From assembly GCF_009914755.1 (NCBI RefSeq), contig NC_060937.1: a stretch of 64,000 bases of DNA. One strand, written 5' to 3'. Numbering within the stretch: position 1 is the first letter of the stretch; each line of letters opens with the position of its first letter. This stretch comes from the human T2T-CHM13v2.0 reference genome, Homo sapiens. Both the position numbers and the translations under genes were made by a program. This document shows positions 1 through 12,400 of the stretch, one piece after another. Below the pieces are notes generated by a model. It did not search any database. It was not told the origin of the DNA and worked only from the letters and a program-made list of their open reading frames with translations.

Positions 1-265
1 TATTCAAGATGAAAAGTAGCCACTTGCTACTTTTACCTGATATACTTTTTCCTAAGGGCAGACAAAGAACTTAGACATCAAGGCAATGAGAGGGGAAGCT
101 TGGTCAGATATCAAGGATGATCAGATATCAAAGTTGGTCAGATAGCGACAGTGGCAGGATTCTCGCTAAACTGATTTGCAAGACTCTTGGTAAAGGTAGG
201 CCAAGGTTGAGGCCTGGTCAAAGAGAACTAGTAGGAGCCTCACCAAATTTTGGTCAAGGACTGTG
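1..265 (-). mobile_element. ERV1 LTR fragment, MER31/MER67-like (runs off the window start)
   Basis: Reverse complement of ~200-260 reads TCCTTGACCAAAATTTGGTGAGGCTCCTACTAGTTCTCTTTGACCAGGCCTCAACCTTGG, resembling the MER31/MER67 LTR 5' end. Internal GGTCAGATATCAA repeats at ~101-143. Family from memory. Confidence 0.6.
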
Positions 266-299
266 TAAACAGATAATGTCAACTTTTCCAAACGTGAAT

Positions 300-615
300 A
301 TATATCAATTAACACTATTCTATAGCAGTGTGTGGAAACTTATTTTGCTCAACAAACTTGCCAACAGTCAAGCTTTTCAGTATTGTGCTTGTGGGTATCT
401 AATGTTATTTTACTGTGATTCTTTTACTTTTTTGTTTTCTTTTTGTTGATGAATAATGAGAGAGGATACATTTTCATGTTTATGGGCCATTTGGATTTCC
501 GTTTTTAGAATATGTGGATTTGTTTTCTAACCTATTAGTTGTATGTTTGTCAATGATTTATTTTTAAGGATTCTGTATGTAGTTTCGATATGAGCCCCTT
601 GTCAGTTGTTGTGAA
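300..615 (-). mobile_element. Old L1 (L1M-type) 3' region fragment
   Basis: T-rich antisense L1 phrases such as TTTTCATGTTTATGGGCCATTTGGATTTCC and GATATGAGCCCCTTGTCAGTTG. Boundaries approximate. Confidence 0.55.
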
Positions 616-639
616 TGACATTTCAGCTACCCCGCTGCT

Positions 640-716
640 AACTTGAGCATCTGTGAATTTTGGTATCTGAGGGGGTCCTGGAACCAATTCCCCACAGATA
701 TGGAGGGGCAACTCTA
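640..716. mobile_element. MER2 (TcMar-Tigger) terminal fragment
   Basis: ACTTGAGCATCTGTGAATTTTGGTATCTGAGGGGGTCCTGGAACCAATTCCCCACAGATATGGAGGGGCAACT matches the recalled MER2 terminus. Confidence 0.7.
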
Positions 717-3700
717 TTACTCATTAAATTTACTAACTCTGGAAAAATATTTTACTAATTTGTCTTAGATGTTTATTTTCTACAGTGAATCTCATAGTGT
801 ATTTTTTACATCATGTAAAAAATGTAGCAAACTAATTGCTACAATGCAAACATAAGCTATGAAATTGAGTTATTTTATCTCTGTGTTATATTTGAAATTT
901 TGCCATTGAATGCTTTATTTTAGTGGCAGTTTAGGTTGTTATATTCATCATGTAAAAAAATGTTTAATGTTTTAAAATGTTTAACTCATTTCTCAAAAAA
1001 AAACTTTGAATGGACAAATTGATATTTTTACTTTTATTACCCTACATCCTCCAAAACTGGTATGGGTTTGAGTGTCCTTTGAAGTTGGCCTTTAGTACTA
1101 TCTTTTATAGTTTGTCCCAGAAGGTGGAGGAATATCTTGAAAATGGGGAACATGCAGATTTTCAAAAAAATTACATGAAGTTCAACACAACAGTTAAAAT
1201 AATTCTAAAGAAACATGGTTTTCTTAAAAATGTATTATTGGAATGATGAACAATACATAATCAAATATAGACTACTGATATTTTACTTGCTTTTAATATA
1301 GATAATATAAATAATTTCACAAAAATTTAAAACAACCTGTAAGAATAATCCTAATTTAAATGTTTCAAAAATTCACCCAGTACACACCAAATTAATGCTT
1401 TTATTAATTTATTATTAGAATAGAACTAATGTATTTAGTAACATTTATATTCAGATTCCAAACATCCGGTAAATCATTCAAATTCCAGGTGTATATCTCA
1501 CATCTATCACTAGATTCTTAGTGTCATACTGTCAAATTCCAAAAGGCAGTCCTTGAATTAAATACTCCAGTTCAAGCTTTAACATAGGAATGAAAGTTGA
1601 TCTAACTTGACAGTTCTCTAGAAATAATCATTCTGACATGTCAAAGATGGTACATGCCTGGATCTCTACATTATTCAAAAATAATGGAATCTAGGGAAAG
1701 GAAAAGAAATGACAGAAAGTCCTACACCCAAGAATTAAATACTTTAAAAGGGGAAAATGGTATAATTTATATGGAGTTAGGTTGGGCATGGGGGATGAGA
1801 CTATAACAGTATATTTCATTATATCTTTTCAACCTTGTTCTCAACTTTTTCCCACATTCATTGAACTTTCAAACTTGGAAGACTGTTGAAAAAGATAGAT
1901 AAGGCAAACTTTTGGCATTTAACAGCAGTAGTCAGTGATATTTTTCGAGGTGAAGTTTTGGTATATAATAAATAACAAGTGTACAAAAATACTAGAAAAA
2001 GTTAATCATCTTGTATCTAAAATTTGAAATCAATTACTCCCTTTTCGTAATCTTACCTTTGTAATTTGGCTCAAGATCTTTTCAGCAGCTACTGATAATG
2101 CTCTATTTGACTATCTGTCTTGTTTATTTATGTCAGTGATTGATTAAAACTACTGAATATTTCCCCCATTTCTACCCATTCTATAACAGCAATGACTAAA
2201 TCCAATTTGATAATACAAAATAGTAGCCTAAAGGTTTTTATTCATCCAAAATATAATTAATGATTTTTTATCCTATATCATCCAAATGAAGACCTAATCT
2301 GCAAGAATCATTTCTAGAGTTGATGTGGTAGTTCGGATACCTTTGCCTAACACAGCCTTAGATCTCTACAGTGAGGCCACCACAGTGGTACTACAGTCAG
2401 CCTATGAAGAACAAACTAGCTGAGCTGAGTCAGCTGGGTCATCTACTGCTCCCTGCTCACAGAGGAAAGCTGGAAGTGATAGATAGCTCCATTAACTCTG
2501 TCTGACTAATGCACACTTGGGGAACACCAAATTGGGAACTTTTTTTTTTTTTAATCATTCTGAGACAAACTGCAGGGATGCAGTTTGTTTATTCTCCACT
2601 CAATAAGGAAAATTGTTGGGCAAATGAATAATAGCTGTAGAAAGCAGTGAAAATAATATTTTACATCATAAAATAATATTTGTCTTTTAATTAACACATT
2701 TCAGTCCAGACTGTCAAAATATTTTTTCAGCATTATTTACAAATATCTGAGAAAACTTTGACATTCAGCCTATCAATACAAACATTAAACATTTTTAGCT
2801 TAAACAGAATAGCAATTCTCATGAAATGAATATGTACATAGCTGGCATATTATAAGTCCCATTATACAATGGGGCAATATTTATGAGATTATTTTGTAGA
2901 CCAGGACTTAAGTACAATTTTACTATAGAGTCACAATTGTGTTTTTTTAAAATGCTTTATGAAACATTCAAAGGAATTATTTCTTTTTAAATTCAACGAG
3001 AGAAAATAAAATGTGAGGACTAGGTAAACTAATTCCTTAAGTTCTTTACAACAATTTTTTTTAGGAATTGTTAGTTAATAAATAGGCTCAGGAGAAAAGC
3101 ACAGGCAATGATGCTTCCCTACCCTTGGCCAGTATGAAAAAGAGTTTTTTACAAGAGCCTGATAGAATAAATTGATAAGCTTCTAATGCTGTGATTCCTT
3201 CTTTTTTTCACATTAGCAGCCCTATGTAAATTGTATAAAGCACTTCAGAAGTTAATAATGGTAATGGAGAAGAAAACAAAGTACAAGGCAATTGTAAAAA
3301 TGGAGGGAAAATGGAGTCATTTCAAATTCACTGTTCTTCTATTAAATATCATTGTAACTAGAATAAACAATTCGTTTTTTTAAATGTTTAAAATAGCTGT
3401 ATCTTCAGGAGGAGTTCAATATTTTCTTTGTAGATTTGAGTACCTGTTAAGGTAGTCAGAATTCAAAGATTAATACTTTCATCATCTATGACCTTAAGGG
3501 AGGAAGAAAAATATGTAAATTAAAAATTGCAAAATAACATGTGTCCATTCAACCTCTATTATTGAATACCCACCATAGCTCAAGCACTATGATTGGCCCT
3601 TTCACATAATGAAGAGAAAAGGTAGATACAAGCCTTCATGGAATTTAGGTATAAATTAAATGATCACACAGAAAAATATAACATGTCAAAGGTGATAAGA

Positions 3701-4300
3701 AACCATGAAGAAAAGAGACATACTGCTAAGGAAGATTTAGTAATCTGGGTCAAAAAAGGCTTTCCTGAGAACAAAACAATTGAGTTGATATGATTGAGGT
3801 GAGTGAGAACTTATTGAATGAAAAATTTAAGAAGCATTCTCCAGGCAAAAGAAACACCATGTAGTAGGAGGAGACATGGCATATGTGATGAACAGAGGCC
3901 AGTGTGACTGGAGCTCTGAGAAACTGGGGGAGAGTAGTCCAAGCGAGGCCGGAGAGATCAGAATAAAACAGCTCAAACAAGGCAGAGCTGTTTTACAAAT
4001 AGTAACCTTTACAAATAGTAACACTATTGTAACCAATACAATAGTGGTACTTTACTTTGTAAAGTACAAAGTAAAGTAAAAACTTTACTTTGTAAAGTAC
4101 CACTTTACAAATAGTAACCTTTCTTTTGGATCATAAAAAGCAGGAAAATTTTAAGCAGGGGCTAACATGTTTAGATTAGGAGGTTCTTAGAACTATCATT
4201 GTGTCTGAAGTGTAGAGATAAGATTAAAGGACAGGCAAGACTGATGAGGAGTCTATGGAAATAGTTTATGAAAAAATGATGGTATTAAATAGATTAAAAC

Positions 4301-4580
4301 GGCCGGGCACAGTGGCTCACACCTGTAATCCCAGCACTTTGTGAGGCCGAGGCAGGCGGATCCCGAGATCAGGAGATTGAGACCATCCTGGCCTATATGG
4401 TGAAACCCTGTCTCTACCAAAAATACAAAAATTAGCCAGGCATGGTAGTGCGAACTTGTAATCCCAGCTACTTCAGAGGCTGCGGCAGGAGAATCACTTG
4501 GAACTGGAGGCGGAGGTTACAGTGAGCCGACATCACGCCACTGCACTCCAGCCTGGGCAACAAAGGAAGACTGTGTCTCA

Positions 4581-4610
<30 letters not shown>
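4301..4610 (+). mobile_element. Full-length Alu, AluSc-like
   Basis: GGCCGGGCACAGTGGCTCAC start, two arms and ~30 A tail. TSD AGATTAAAAC at 4291-4300 and 4611-4620. GAGATTGAGACCATCCTGGCC pattern suggests Sc. Confidence 0.97.
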
Positions 4611-4613
<3 letters not shown>

Positions 4614-4943
4614 TTAAAACACAGGATGACAGGATGTCAGTGAGAGGAAGGGAAGTGAATGAAATCAAGAGATACTTGTTATGTAAAAACAACAAGATTT
4701 GGTGATAGATTAGAATAGGAAGGCACTGAGAGAGGGAGAAATCAGTTAACATTCACATTTCTGACTTGTGAAGCTGGATGGACAATGGTCCTGTTCACTG
4801 AGATACAAATAACTGGAATAAATAACTGGAACAAATAACTTGTCACTTCCCAAACAGGGGAAGTGACAAGGAAAAGGGAGATTGTTAGGTCCTTTCTGGA
4901 CTTGTAGAATTTGTGGTACCTTTGAAGCATACAAGTGGAAAAA

Positions 4944-5499
4944 TGTCAGAGACGTTCAAACCCAGAGGGACTCCATTGTCAGTGAGGGCTAGGAAAATGA
5001 GGCTGAGGCTTGCTGGGCTGCATTCCCAGAAAATGAGGCATTCCTAGCCTCTAGATGTTCACGGTTAAGGGAACAAATTAATAATGTTTACTAAAACAGA
5101 CCCAGACTTGGGAGTGTCCAGATATCCCAACATCTGGAGAACAAAGGCATTCCTAATTTTGCTTTAAAGATAATAATATCAATTCTTGCAAAATACAGTA
5201 ATTAAGAAAATTAATCCTTTATTACAAACCCTTGTAGCAGAGCACATCTCCCCAAGTTCTATTTTTATCATATATATATATATATACACACACACAAGCA
5301 TTGTACCTAGGGCGGATGTGTTCCTCCTCTTATTTTCAGGAATGCCCTACTCTGTCTATGGAGTATCTGTCCTTTGACTACTTTACTTTCTTAATAAACT
5401 TGCTTTTACTTTGCACTGCAGACTCTGCCTGAATTCTCTCTTGCAGGAGATCCAAGAACCCTCTCTTGGGGTCTGGATCGGGATCTTTTTCTGGTAACA
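4944..5499 (+). mobile_element. MER41-family solo LTR (ERV1; MER41C/D-like)
   Basis: Termini TGTCAGAG...CTGGTAACA, 556 bp. AATAAA followed by GAGATCCAAGAACCCTCTCTTGGGGTCTGGATCGGGA, the typical MER41 3' end. Imperfect 4-bp TSD AAAA/GAAA. Confidence 0.9.
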
Positions 5500-6205
5500 G
5501 AAATGTCAAGAAGGTGATTGGACGTGTTATCTTATAGATTAAGTATAAAGCAACTTGATAAATAGCACAGAGAGCATGGGAGAAATTACCAGTGGAAGAA
5601 TACAAATTGAGAAGACATTCTAGGAAGAAACTTTTGGTATTACCAGTATTTAAAGACTGCATACAGAAGTACAAACCTCAAAATGAGGATATCAATCAAA
5701 AATTCGTTTCCAAAAAATGACATTAACAGAATAGGAGGGTGTGGACTCATAGTTGTAGAATCTCGTCGCTCCATGCAGGATCTTTCTATAAAGCAGAGTA
5801 ATGTTAAAGAATAATGCTCATGAGTGGCCAAATAATTTAAGCACAAAGTATATACATTGGGTATATGATTGTGTTGACTAGCACAAATTTGTCTATAATA
5901 TAGCATATTGAAATGATGATCAGAATCTTCAAGTCAGAGGCAAAGTTGAATTCCCAAAGTGGAAAAATAATGAAGCAATGTTATAGAGTTCATGAGAGGG
6001 ATGAGGGAATGAATTTGAGATGCAGGTACAGATTGATGTTATAAAAGTCAAAGGACAGGGCTTTAGTTTTACAAAAGGCAGGGAAAAGAGGATGGAGATG
6101 GTTGTAAGATAGGTTGTTTTAATTGTTAGCAGGAAATTTAGAGCACTCTTATCTGACATCTAATTCCTCTGAAATACTTGTCAGATCAGCTTCTGGGAAG
6201 CTGAG

Positions 6206-6336
6206 TGTGACTTAGAGAAGCCATTGATTTCCCAAGATGTTCCAATCCTTCCAATAGATACATGAGCATGTGGCTGATGTCCTTACTGACATTTGCTAGA
6301 GAGTTGCTGCAATTTTTAATGTTTTATCCACTCTTA
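6206..6336 (+). repeat. Local duplication A, copy 1 (~130 bp; copy 2 at 8765-8894)
   Basis: CCATTGATTTCCCAAGATGTTCC..TCCTTCCAATAGATA..GAGCATGTGG..GACATTTGCTA.AGAGTTGCTGCAA..TTTTATCCACTCTTA is shared by both copies. Confidence 0.95.
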
Positions 6337-6604
6337 TCTACGATAGGAGTTTTTGGATATTCATGTTTTGTGGGGAACTGGGAGATTCATAGGTTTAAAT
6401 TAGATAAATAATATGTTACACTGCAGAGCATGAAAGAGTATGTTTGGAAGATAAATGTAATAAATACAGTACCGAAAAGAGTTTGAGCAAAGGGCTGTGG
6501 AAGCATAGTACAGGGGACAGTTAACATGGCTAAAAATTAGTGAAAGCTTCATGGAAACAATTTGTCAGCTGGGTCTAGAAGGATGAAAAGTGATGATCTC
6601 ATGG

Positions 6605-7144
6605 TATTAAGGAAAGGGGTCCTGATCCAGACCCCAAGAGAGGGTTCTTGGGTCTCATGCAAGAAAGAATTCAGGGTGAGGTCATAAAGTGAAAGCAAGT
6701 TTATTAAGAAAGGAGAATAAAAGAATGGCTAGTCCATTAGAGCAGCCCCAAGGGCTGCTGCTTGCCCATTTTTATGGTTATTTCTTGATGATATGCTAAA
6801 CAAGGGGTGAATTATTCATGCCTCCCCTTTTTAGATCATATAAGATAACTTCCTGATGTTGCCATGGCATTTGTAAACTGTCATGGTGCTGATAGGAGTG
6901 TATCAGTTTGGATGACCGGGGTCACTCTCCTGGCCATCTTGGTTTTGCTGGGTTTTGACGGGCTTTTTTACAGCAACCTATTTTATCAGCAAGGCCCTTA
7001 TGACCTGTATCTTGTGCTGACCTCCTATCTCATCTTGTGACTAAGAATGCCTTACCATCTGGGAATGCAGCCCAGTAGGTTTCAGGCTCAATTTACCTAG
7101 CTCCTAGTCAAGATGGAGTTACTATGCTTCAAACGCCTCTGGCA
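6605..7144 (-). mobile_element. MER41A-like solo LTR (ERV1)
   Basis: Antisense MER41 ends (CCTGATCCAGACCCCAAGAGAGGGTTCTTG ... CAAGATGGAGTTACTATGCTTCAAACGCCTCTGGCA). Perfect 4-bp TSD ATGG at 6601-6604 and 7145-7148. ATTATTCATG joins directly to CCTCCCCTTTT, so the tandem-GAS segment of MER41B is absent. Confidence 0.92.
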
Positions 7145-8764
7145 ATGGGGAAAGGAGAATGATATTCTTAACAAAAGAAGCACCATTAAAAGAAGAAGGC
7201 ACAAAAGTACATTTAAGAATTAAGTGTAGCTGGATTCAGCATGGGCCATGATCATCCTGTCCTGCTTTTATCTAAGGCATGCAGCCGGTCTGGCTCTGAT
7301 TAGATGCCCTGACAGTAGACACTCTTCTCCTCACGATGAAATACTGGCATATTTAGCTTAGAGAATCAGTGAGAGAAATGTAGTTACCATACTTTTCTTT
7401 CTGGTTGGATAAACTTTACTCTCATTCCAAAAGAGAAATCGTCAGTTATTCTTATAGAAAAGTTAATAAGCTAAACATGTTTTTTCATGGTTGTTCATAA
7501 AAATCAACACAGAACAATAATAAGATAGATGTATTATTTCACATCACTTTTTGTTATTCTCACTTGTGGTATTATGCATATCATAAGTGATGATTTCTGA
7601 AGAGTTAAAAAATTTAATCTATTTTGGCACTGTAGTTAATGACATTAGAAAATTGATATTAATTACCAAAGTGAATACTACTAATAATAAGCTAATATTC
7701 TCATATTTAATTGTCAATGAAAGGATTAATGGCCACAGTCTAATTCACTCTTTTGCTACTAAGCTTAATGTTATTATGTCAATTTTTATTACTATGCTTA
7801 TTTTTCTTAGAACTTTTAATATATCAACAATGTGTTTATTGGTATGTTCTACAGCATATAGTTTGTGCTGATTTGAATAAATGATTTCAAATAACAATTC
7901 AATGCTCTCATTATTCATAGCATAAGTGTTTTGTTGTATTCTATATTTACAGATATGTATCATGTTGACAATGTGTGTTCAAACATTGAATTGCATGATG
8001 ATACGACATCTGACATGGCATTAGCACTCTAACAAATTTTTGCTTCAAGACTAATAAAGAAATAAGGTTCACTATATTAACAGCTGTAATATCATTTAAA
8101 TTACCCAAACTATATAATGCCTAGCTATTTCAGAGATTTTTTTTACCACCTTAATTTTCAAAGGAACTTGATTTTGTTACTCTTTTGTTTAAAATATTAA
8201 TATATGTTATTTATATTTTTAAATATATAAATTCTTAAATATTTACATTTTTATATGGTGCATATTATTACCTAAACTGTTAAAAATATTACTACTATAA
8301 TGTAGTAGTAATGTAGTAGTAATCTGTAAGTGCCTATTACTACTAAGCTGTTACAAAAATATATTTTTAACATGGTTTTTGTCTCTCTTTATTCAATACT
8401 CAGTGTTCAGTAACTAAAGGACAGCTTGTCTCAAAATAGATACTTCGGGAACATTTATGGTTAAACGTGTGATTTGTTAATGATTTTTATTTATCTTAAG
8501 ACAGATTTCATAATATTTGTTTTTTTATGTTCTTTCTCCCAGCACTACACTTTAGACAAGTTGTTTTCCATATATTTTCATTAGGGCCAAAAAAAAGAAG
8601 AAAACCAACCCTTAATTTTTGAACAATATGAAAATATTATCATTATATAGTTTATCTGGAGCATTTTGCTATACATATAGGACTCCATAGTTAAAATTGG
8701 ATTAAGTCATAAGAACATTTACTGTTTGCTTAATTTCCAAAGTTGGTGGCTAAGTTATTTATTC

Positions 8765-8894
8765 TGTGACTTAAAGAAACCATTGATTTCCCAAGATGTT
8801 CCCATCCTTCCAATAGATAAGTGAGCATGTGGGTGATGTCCTTATTGACATTTGCTAAAGAGTTGCTGCAACTTTAGCATTTTATCCACTCTTA
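8765..8894 (+). repeat. Local duplication A, copy 2
   Basis: Collinear with 6206-6336, with scattered substitutions. Confidence 0.95.
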
Positions 8895-9048
8895 CCTCTC
8901 TAAGCAAGAGTAGCAGTTGCAAATTAATTTTTTAAAGACTTTTTCCTTTGTGTACTTTTGCTGTTTTATCAGAAAATAAAAAATTTCCAAGGTGCCTAGG
9001 AAGTCTTCCTCACCCTCACATCCCATTGGCTAGACTCGAGTCACATAG

Positions 9049-9405
9049 TGCGATTGTAATTTTGTGTCAACCTGACTAATCAGTATTTGGCTACAATCTA
9101 CGGAGAGCCTGAATAGAACAAAAAGCAGAAGAAGGAAGAATTTGCTGCTTTTTTTTTTCGCCCAGCTGCATAAGCTGGGACCATCACCTTCTGCCCTCAG
9201 ATTGGAACTTAAATAATAAGCTTTCCTGCTTCTCAAGTTCTCTGACTTAGACTGAATCATTTCAGTGGCTTTCATGAGTCTTCAACTTGCAGATGGTGAA
9301 TCATGAGACTTCTAGGCTTGTGTAATCCGTTAATTTATCTCCCTCTCTTTCTCTCTTCCCTCTCTCCACTTCCTCTTTCTTTCAACTCTTATCAGGTTAG
9401 AGAAC
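9049..9405 (+). mobile_element. MLT2-type LTR (ERV-L 5' LTR, internally deleted)
   Basis: TGCGATTGTAATTTTGTGTCAACCTGACT resembles the MLT2 start. GAGCCTGAATAGAACAAAAAGCAGAAGAAGGAAGAATTTGC and CAACTTGCAGATGG..TCATGAGACTTCT are MLT2 phrases, followed by a CT-rich tract. Abuts ERV-L internal sequence. Confidence 0.8.
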
Positions 9406-12400
9406 CAATTCCAGAAACCCCAGAACCTATTCAGAGAATTCAAATTTAAAATTCTGTTTCTCTGTAATGGCCCCCTCATCCCATCCCAAGTCAATTGCAA
9501 TGCAAGACAATTCCGATTTTCCTCATGACATGCCCCTACCACCACTCTTTGCTTCTAGACCTATTATTAGACATAAAGTCCCAGCAGGCCCTTAAAGGTG
9601 AAGTACAAAGTATGACCCATGTAGAGGTACGCTATGCACCAAAGAAATTTTTTGAGTTTTATAATTTATACTGACAAATGTGGGGAGCATGTGTGTAAAT
9701 GTATACTAAGGGTGTGGGAAAATGGTAGAAGGAAAATAAAGTTAGGTAAGGCTTAACTTATTGATATGCATTCAATGAGCAGAGATTTTTCATTTAATAT
9801 TGCATATCTAAAAGTTAGAAATGACTCTCACAATCTACTTCTTTGGTTGGCCAAATATAGATCAGAAGGTAGGCCACAGTGAGAAAATTGGAAATTCTGG
9901 AAATGCTTTGGTTCAATATAGAGAAAGGGATTCAAAGGCTTAGAGAAATTCAAATGTTAGAGTGCTTTGTCATTTAACTCATGTTCACACACACCTGGTG
10001 AACCCTAGCACCTTTGAAGAGTTCTGTGGTTACTGTAGATTTCTGTAGGTCTAATCTCACAATGGGATCTGCAGTCACTGAATTAGAAAACCTAAATGCA
10101 ATGGGAATAATTTAATCATAGGTGGGAGTGGCCAAATGGTGGCATTCAACTTCCAAAAACAAGATGGGTGTGGCTACTATAATAGCACAGTCAAAGCAGC
10201 TTCAGAATAATCTGACTCATGCAGACCTATGTTATTGCTAAATTGATCATGGTGCTCCTACAAGTGAAATAGCCTACTAGAGCCTACTACATTTCATTTG
10301 ATCTGTATAAGCAGAAAACTTTTAGGTCAAGTGAATAAAAATCTAGCCTGAATCTAAAAACTGAGTAATGGTCCCTCAATCAATTTCCAGACATGAGCCG
10401 ATGTTTAGATGAATTTTCAGACCCCAACTCCTTGAATAAGGGGAAAGTTGGGTTCTCCTGAAGAAGGACCCTGATACACGACAGAAAATTTATACTGTTA
10501 ATCTTTCTCTCAGATTTTCTCATAGGAGCCTGTGGCTTTTTATGAGGGTAACTTTGCACTGGGGAGAAGAAAATAATCAGAAATTTTAGGGATTATTGAA
10601 CATCAGCTCCAAACTTACACTAATTTCAGCAGATCCAAAACATCATTGTGACCAACCAGTGAGCATATGGGCTTATGGAGTTCAAGTGATCAATTCAGTT
10701 TTAGCTGAGGTTCATCTTTCAGCAGGCCCAGTGTATTTATGGGTCCATCCTGTAGTTATTTTCTCATTTCTGGGATGCATAATTGGAATAGATATATTCA
10801 GCAGCTGGAAAAATTCCCACATTGCCTCCTGGACCTGTGCAGTAAGGGCTATTATGGTGGAAAAGGCCAAATGGAAGCCACTAGAACTACCTCTAACTAG
10901 GAAAATAGTAAATCAAAGAAATATCACTCCTGGAAGGATGCTGAGTTTAATGCCACCATCAAGGACTTGAAGGATGCAGGAGTGACGATTCCTACATCTC
11001 CATCCAAACTAGCATATTTGGCCTGTGCAAAAGACAGATGGAATTTGAAGAATGATGGTGGATTATCATAAGCTTAATCAGGTGGTGATTCCAATTGCAG
11101 CTGCTGTACCAGATGTGGTTTCTTTTCTTGAGCAAATTAACACATCCTTTAATTCCTGGTATTCAGCTATTGACCTGGAACATGTTTTTTCTTCATTCCT
11201 TTTCATAAGGCCCACCAAAAGCAGTTTGCTTTTAACTAGAAAGAAATTCATCTTTACTGTCCTACCTCACAGGTATATCAACCCTTAAGCCCTATGCCAT
11301 AATGTAGTTCATAGGGATCTTAGTCACCTTTTACTTCCACATTATACCACAGTGGTCCATAGCATTAATAATACTATGTTGATCAGTCCTAGTGAGCAAA
11401 AAGTAGCAACTATTCTATGCTTATTAGTAAGATATTTGAATACCAGAGGGTGGGAATTAAATCTGACTAGAATTCAGGCACCTTCTGTCTCAGTGAGATT
11501 TCCAAGGGTCCAGTGGTGTGGGGTGAGATGATATATCCCTTTCAAAGTGAATGATAAACAGTTACATCTGGCTCCTCTTGCAACCAAAAAGAGGAAAAAG
11601 TGCAATGGCTAGTTGTCTTCTTTGGAATTTGGAGGCAACATACTCCTCATTTGGGTGTGTCATTACATCCAATTTACTGAGTCTTCCCCAAAGTTGCTAG
11701 TTTTGAACTGGGACCCAGAAGAAGAGAAGGCTCTGCAATGAGTCCAGTCTGCTGTGAAAGCCACTGTGTCACTTAAGCCATAAGATCCAACAAATCCAAT
11801 GGCGGTTGAAGTGTCAGTGGCAGATAAGGATGCTGTTTGGAGCCTTTGACAAGCCTTTATTGGTGAATCACAACAGCGGCTCTTAGGATTTTGTAGCAAA
11901 ATCCTGCTAAAGGATAACTAATTTTCTTGAGAAACAACTGTTGACCTGCTACTGGGATTTAGTGGAAACAACACTTAACCATGGGCTACTGAGTGAGTTA
12001 CCATACAACCTGAGCTGCCCATCATGAGCTGGGTCTTATCTGATCCATCAAGCCATAAAGTTGGGCATGCACAGCAGAACTCTGTTGTCAAATGGAAGTG
12101 GTATATATGTTGGGCCTGAGATAGCACTAAAGGCACATGTAATTTATGTTAAATGTAAAAGGAAATCCTCCCCTGTGGGCAGAACTTTGGGCAGTGCACC
12201 TGGTTGTTCACTTTGCCTGGAAGAAGAAATGGACAGACATGTGATTATAAACCACTTCATGGGCTATGGCCAGTGGTTTGGATGGATATTCAGGGAATTG
12301 GAAGGTACATAACTGGAAAGTTAGTACCAAGGAAAAGTGAAGAAGAAACATGTGGATAGCCCTTTCTGAATGGGCAACAAATGTGAAGATGCATGTGTGC

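Larger units (their letters stand above)
3545..6200 (-). mobile_element. Degenerate L2 LINE interrupted by an Alu, a MER41 LTR and a hairpin scar
   Basis: Begins with CATTCAACCTCTATTATTGAATACCCACCA (antisense L2 3' end) and GCCTTCATGGAATTTA, then continues as purine-rich L2-like sequence on both sides of the younger insertions. Boundaries approximate. Confidence 0.65.

Noticed and set aside
4805-4840. Short tandem duplications (AAATAACTGGA x2.5; TGAACTAGTNACAT x2 at ~53921-53950)
   Set aside because: Ordinary slippage duplications within old L2/MIR sequence.
10596-11288. Domesticated retroviral gene
   Set aside because: Fragments are short and frameshifted relative to each other, and the RT catalytic aspartates are lost.
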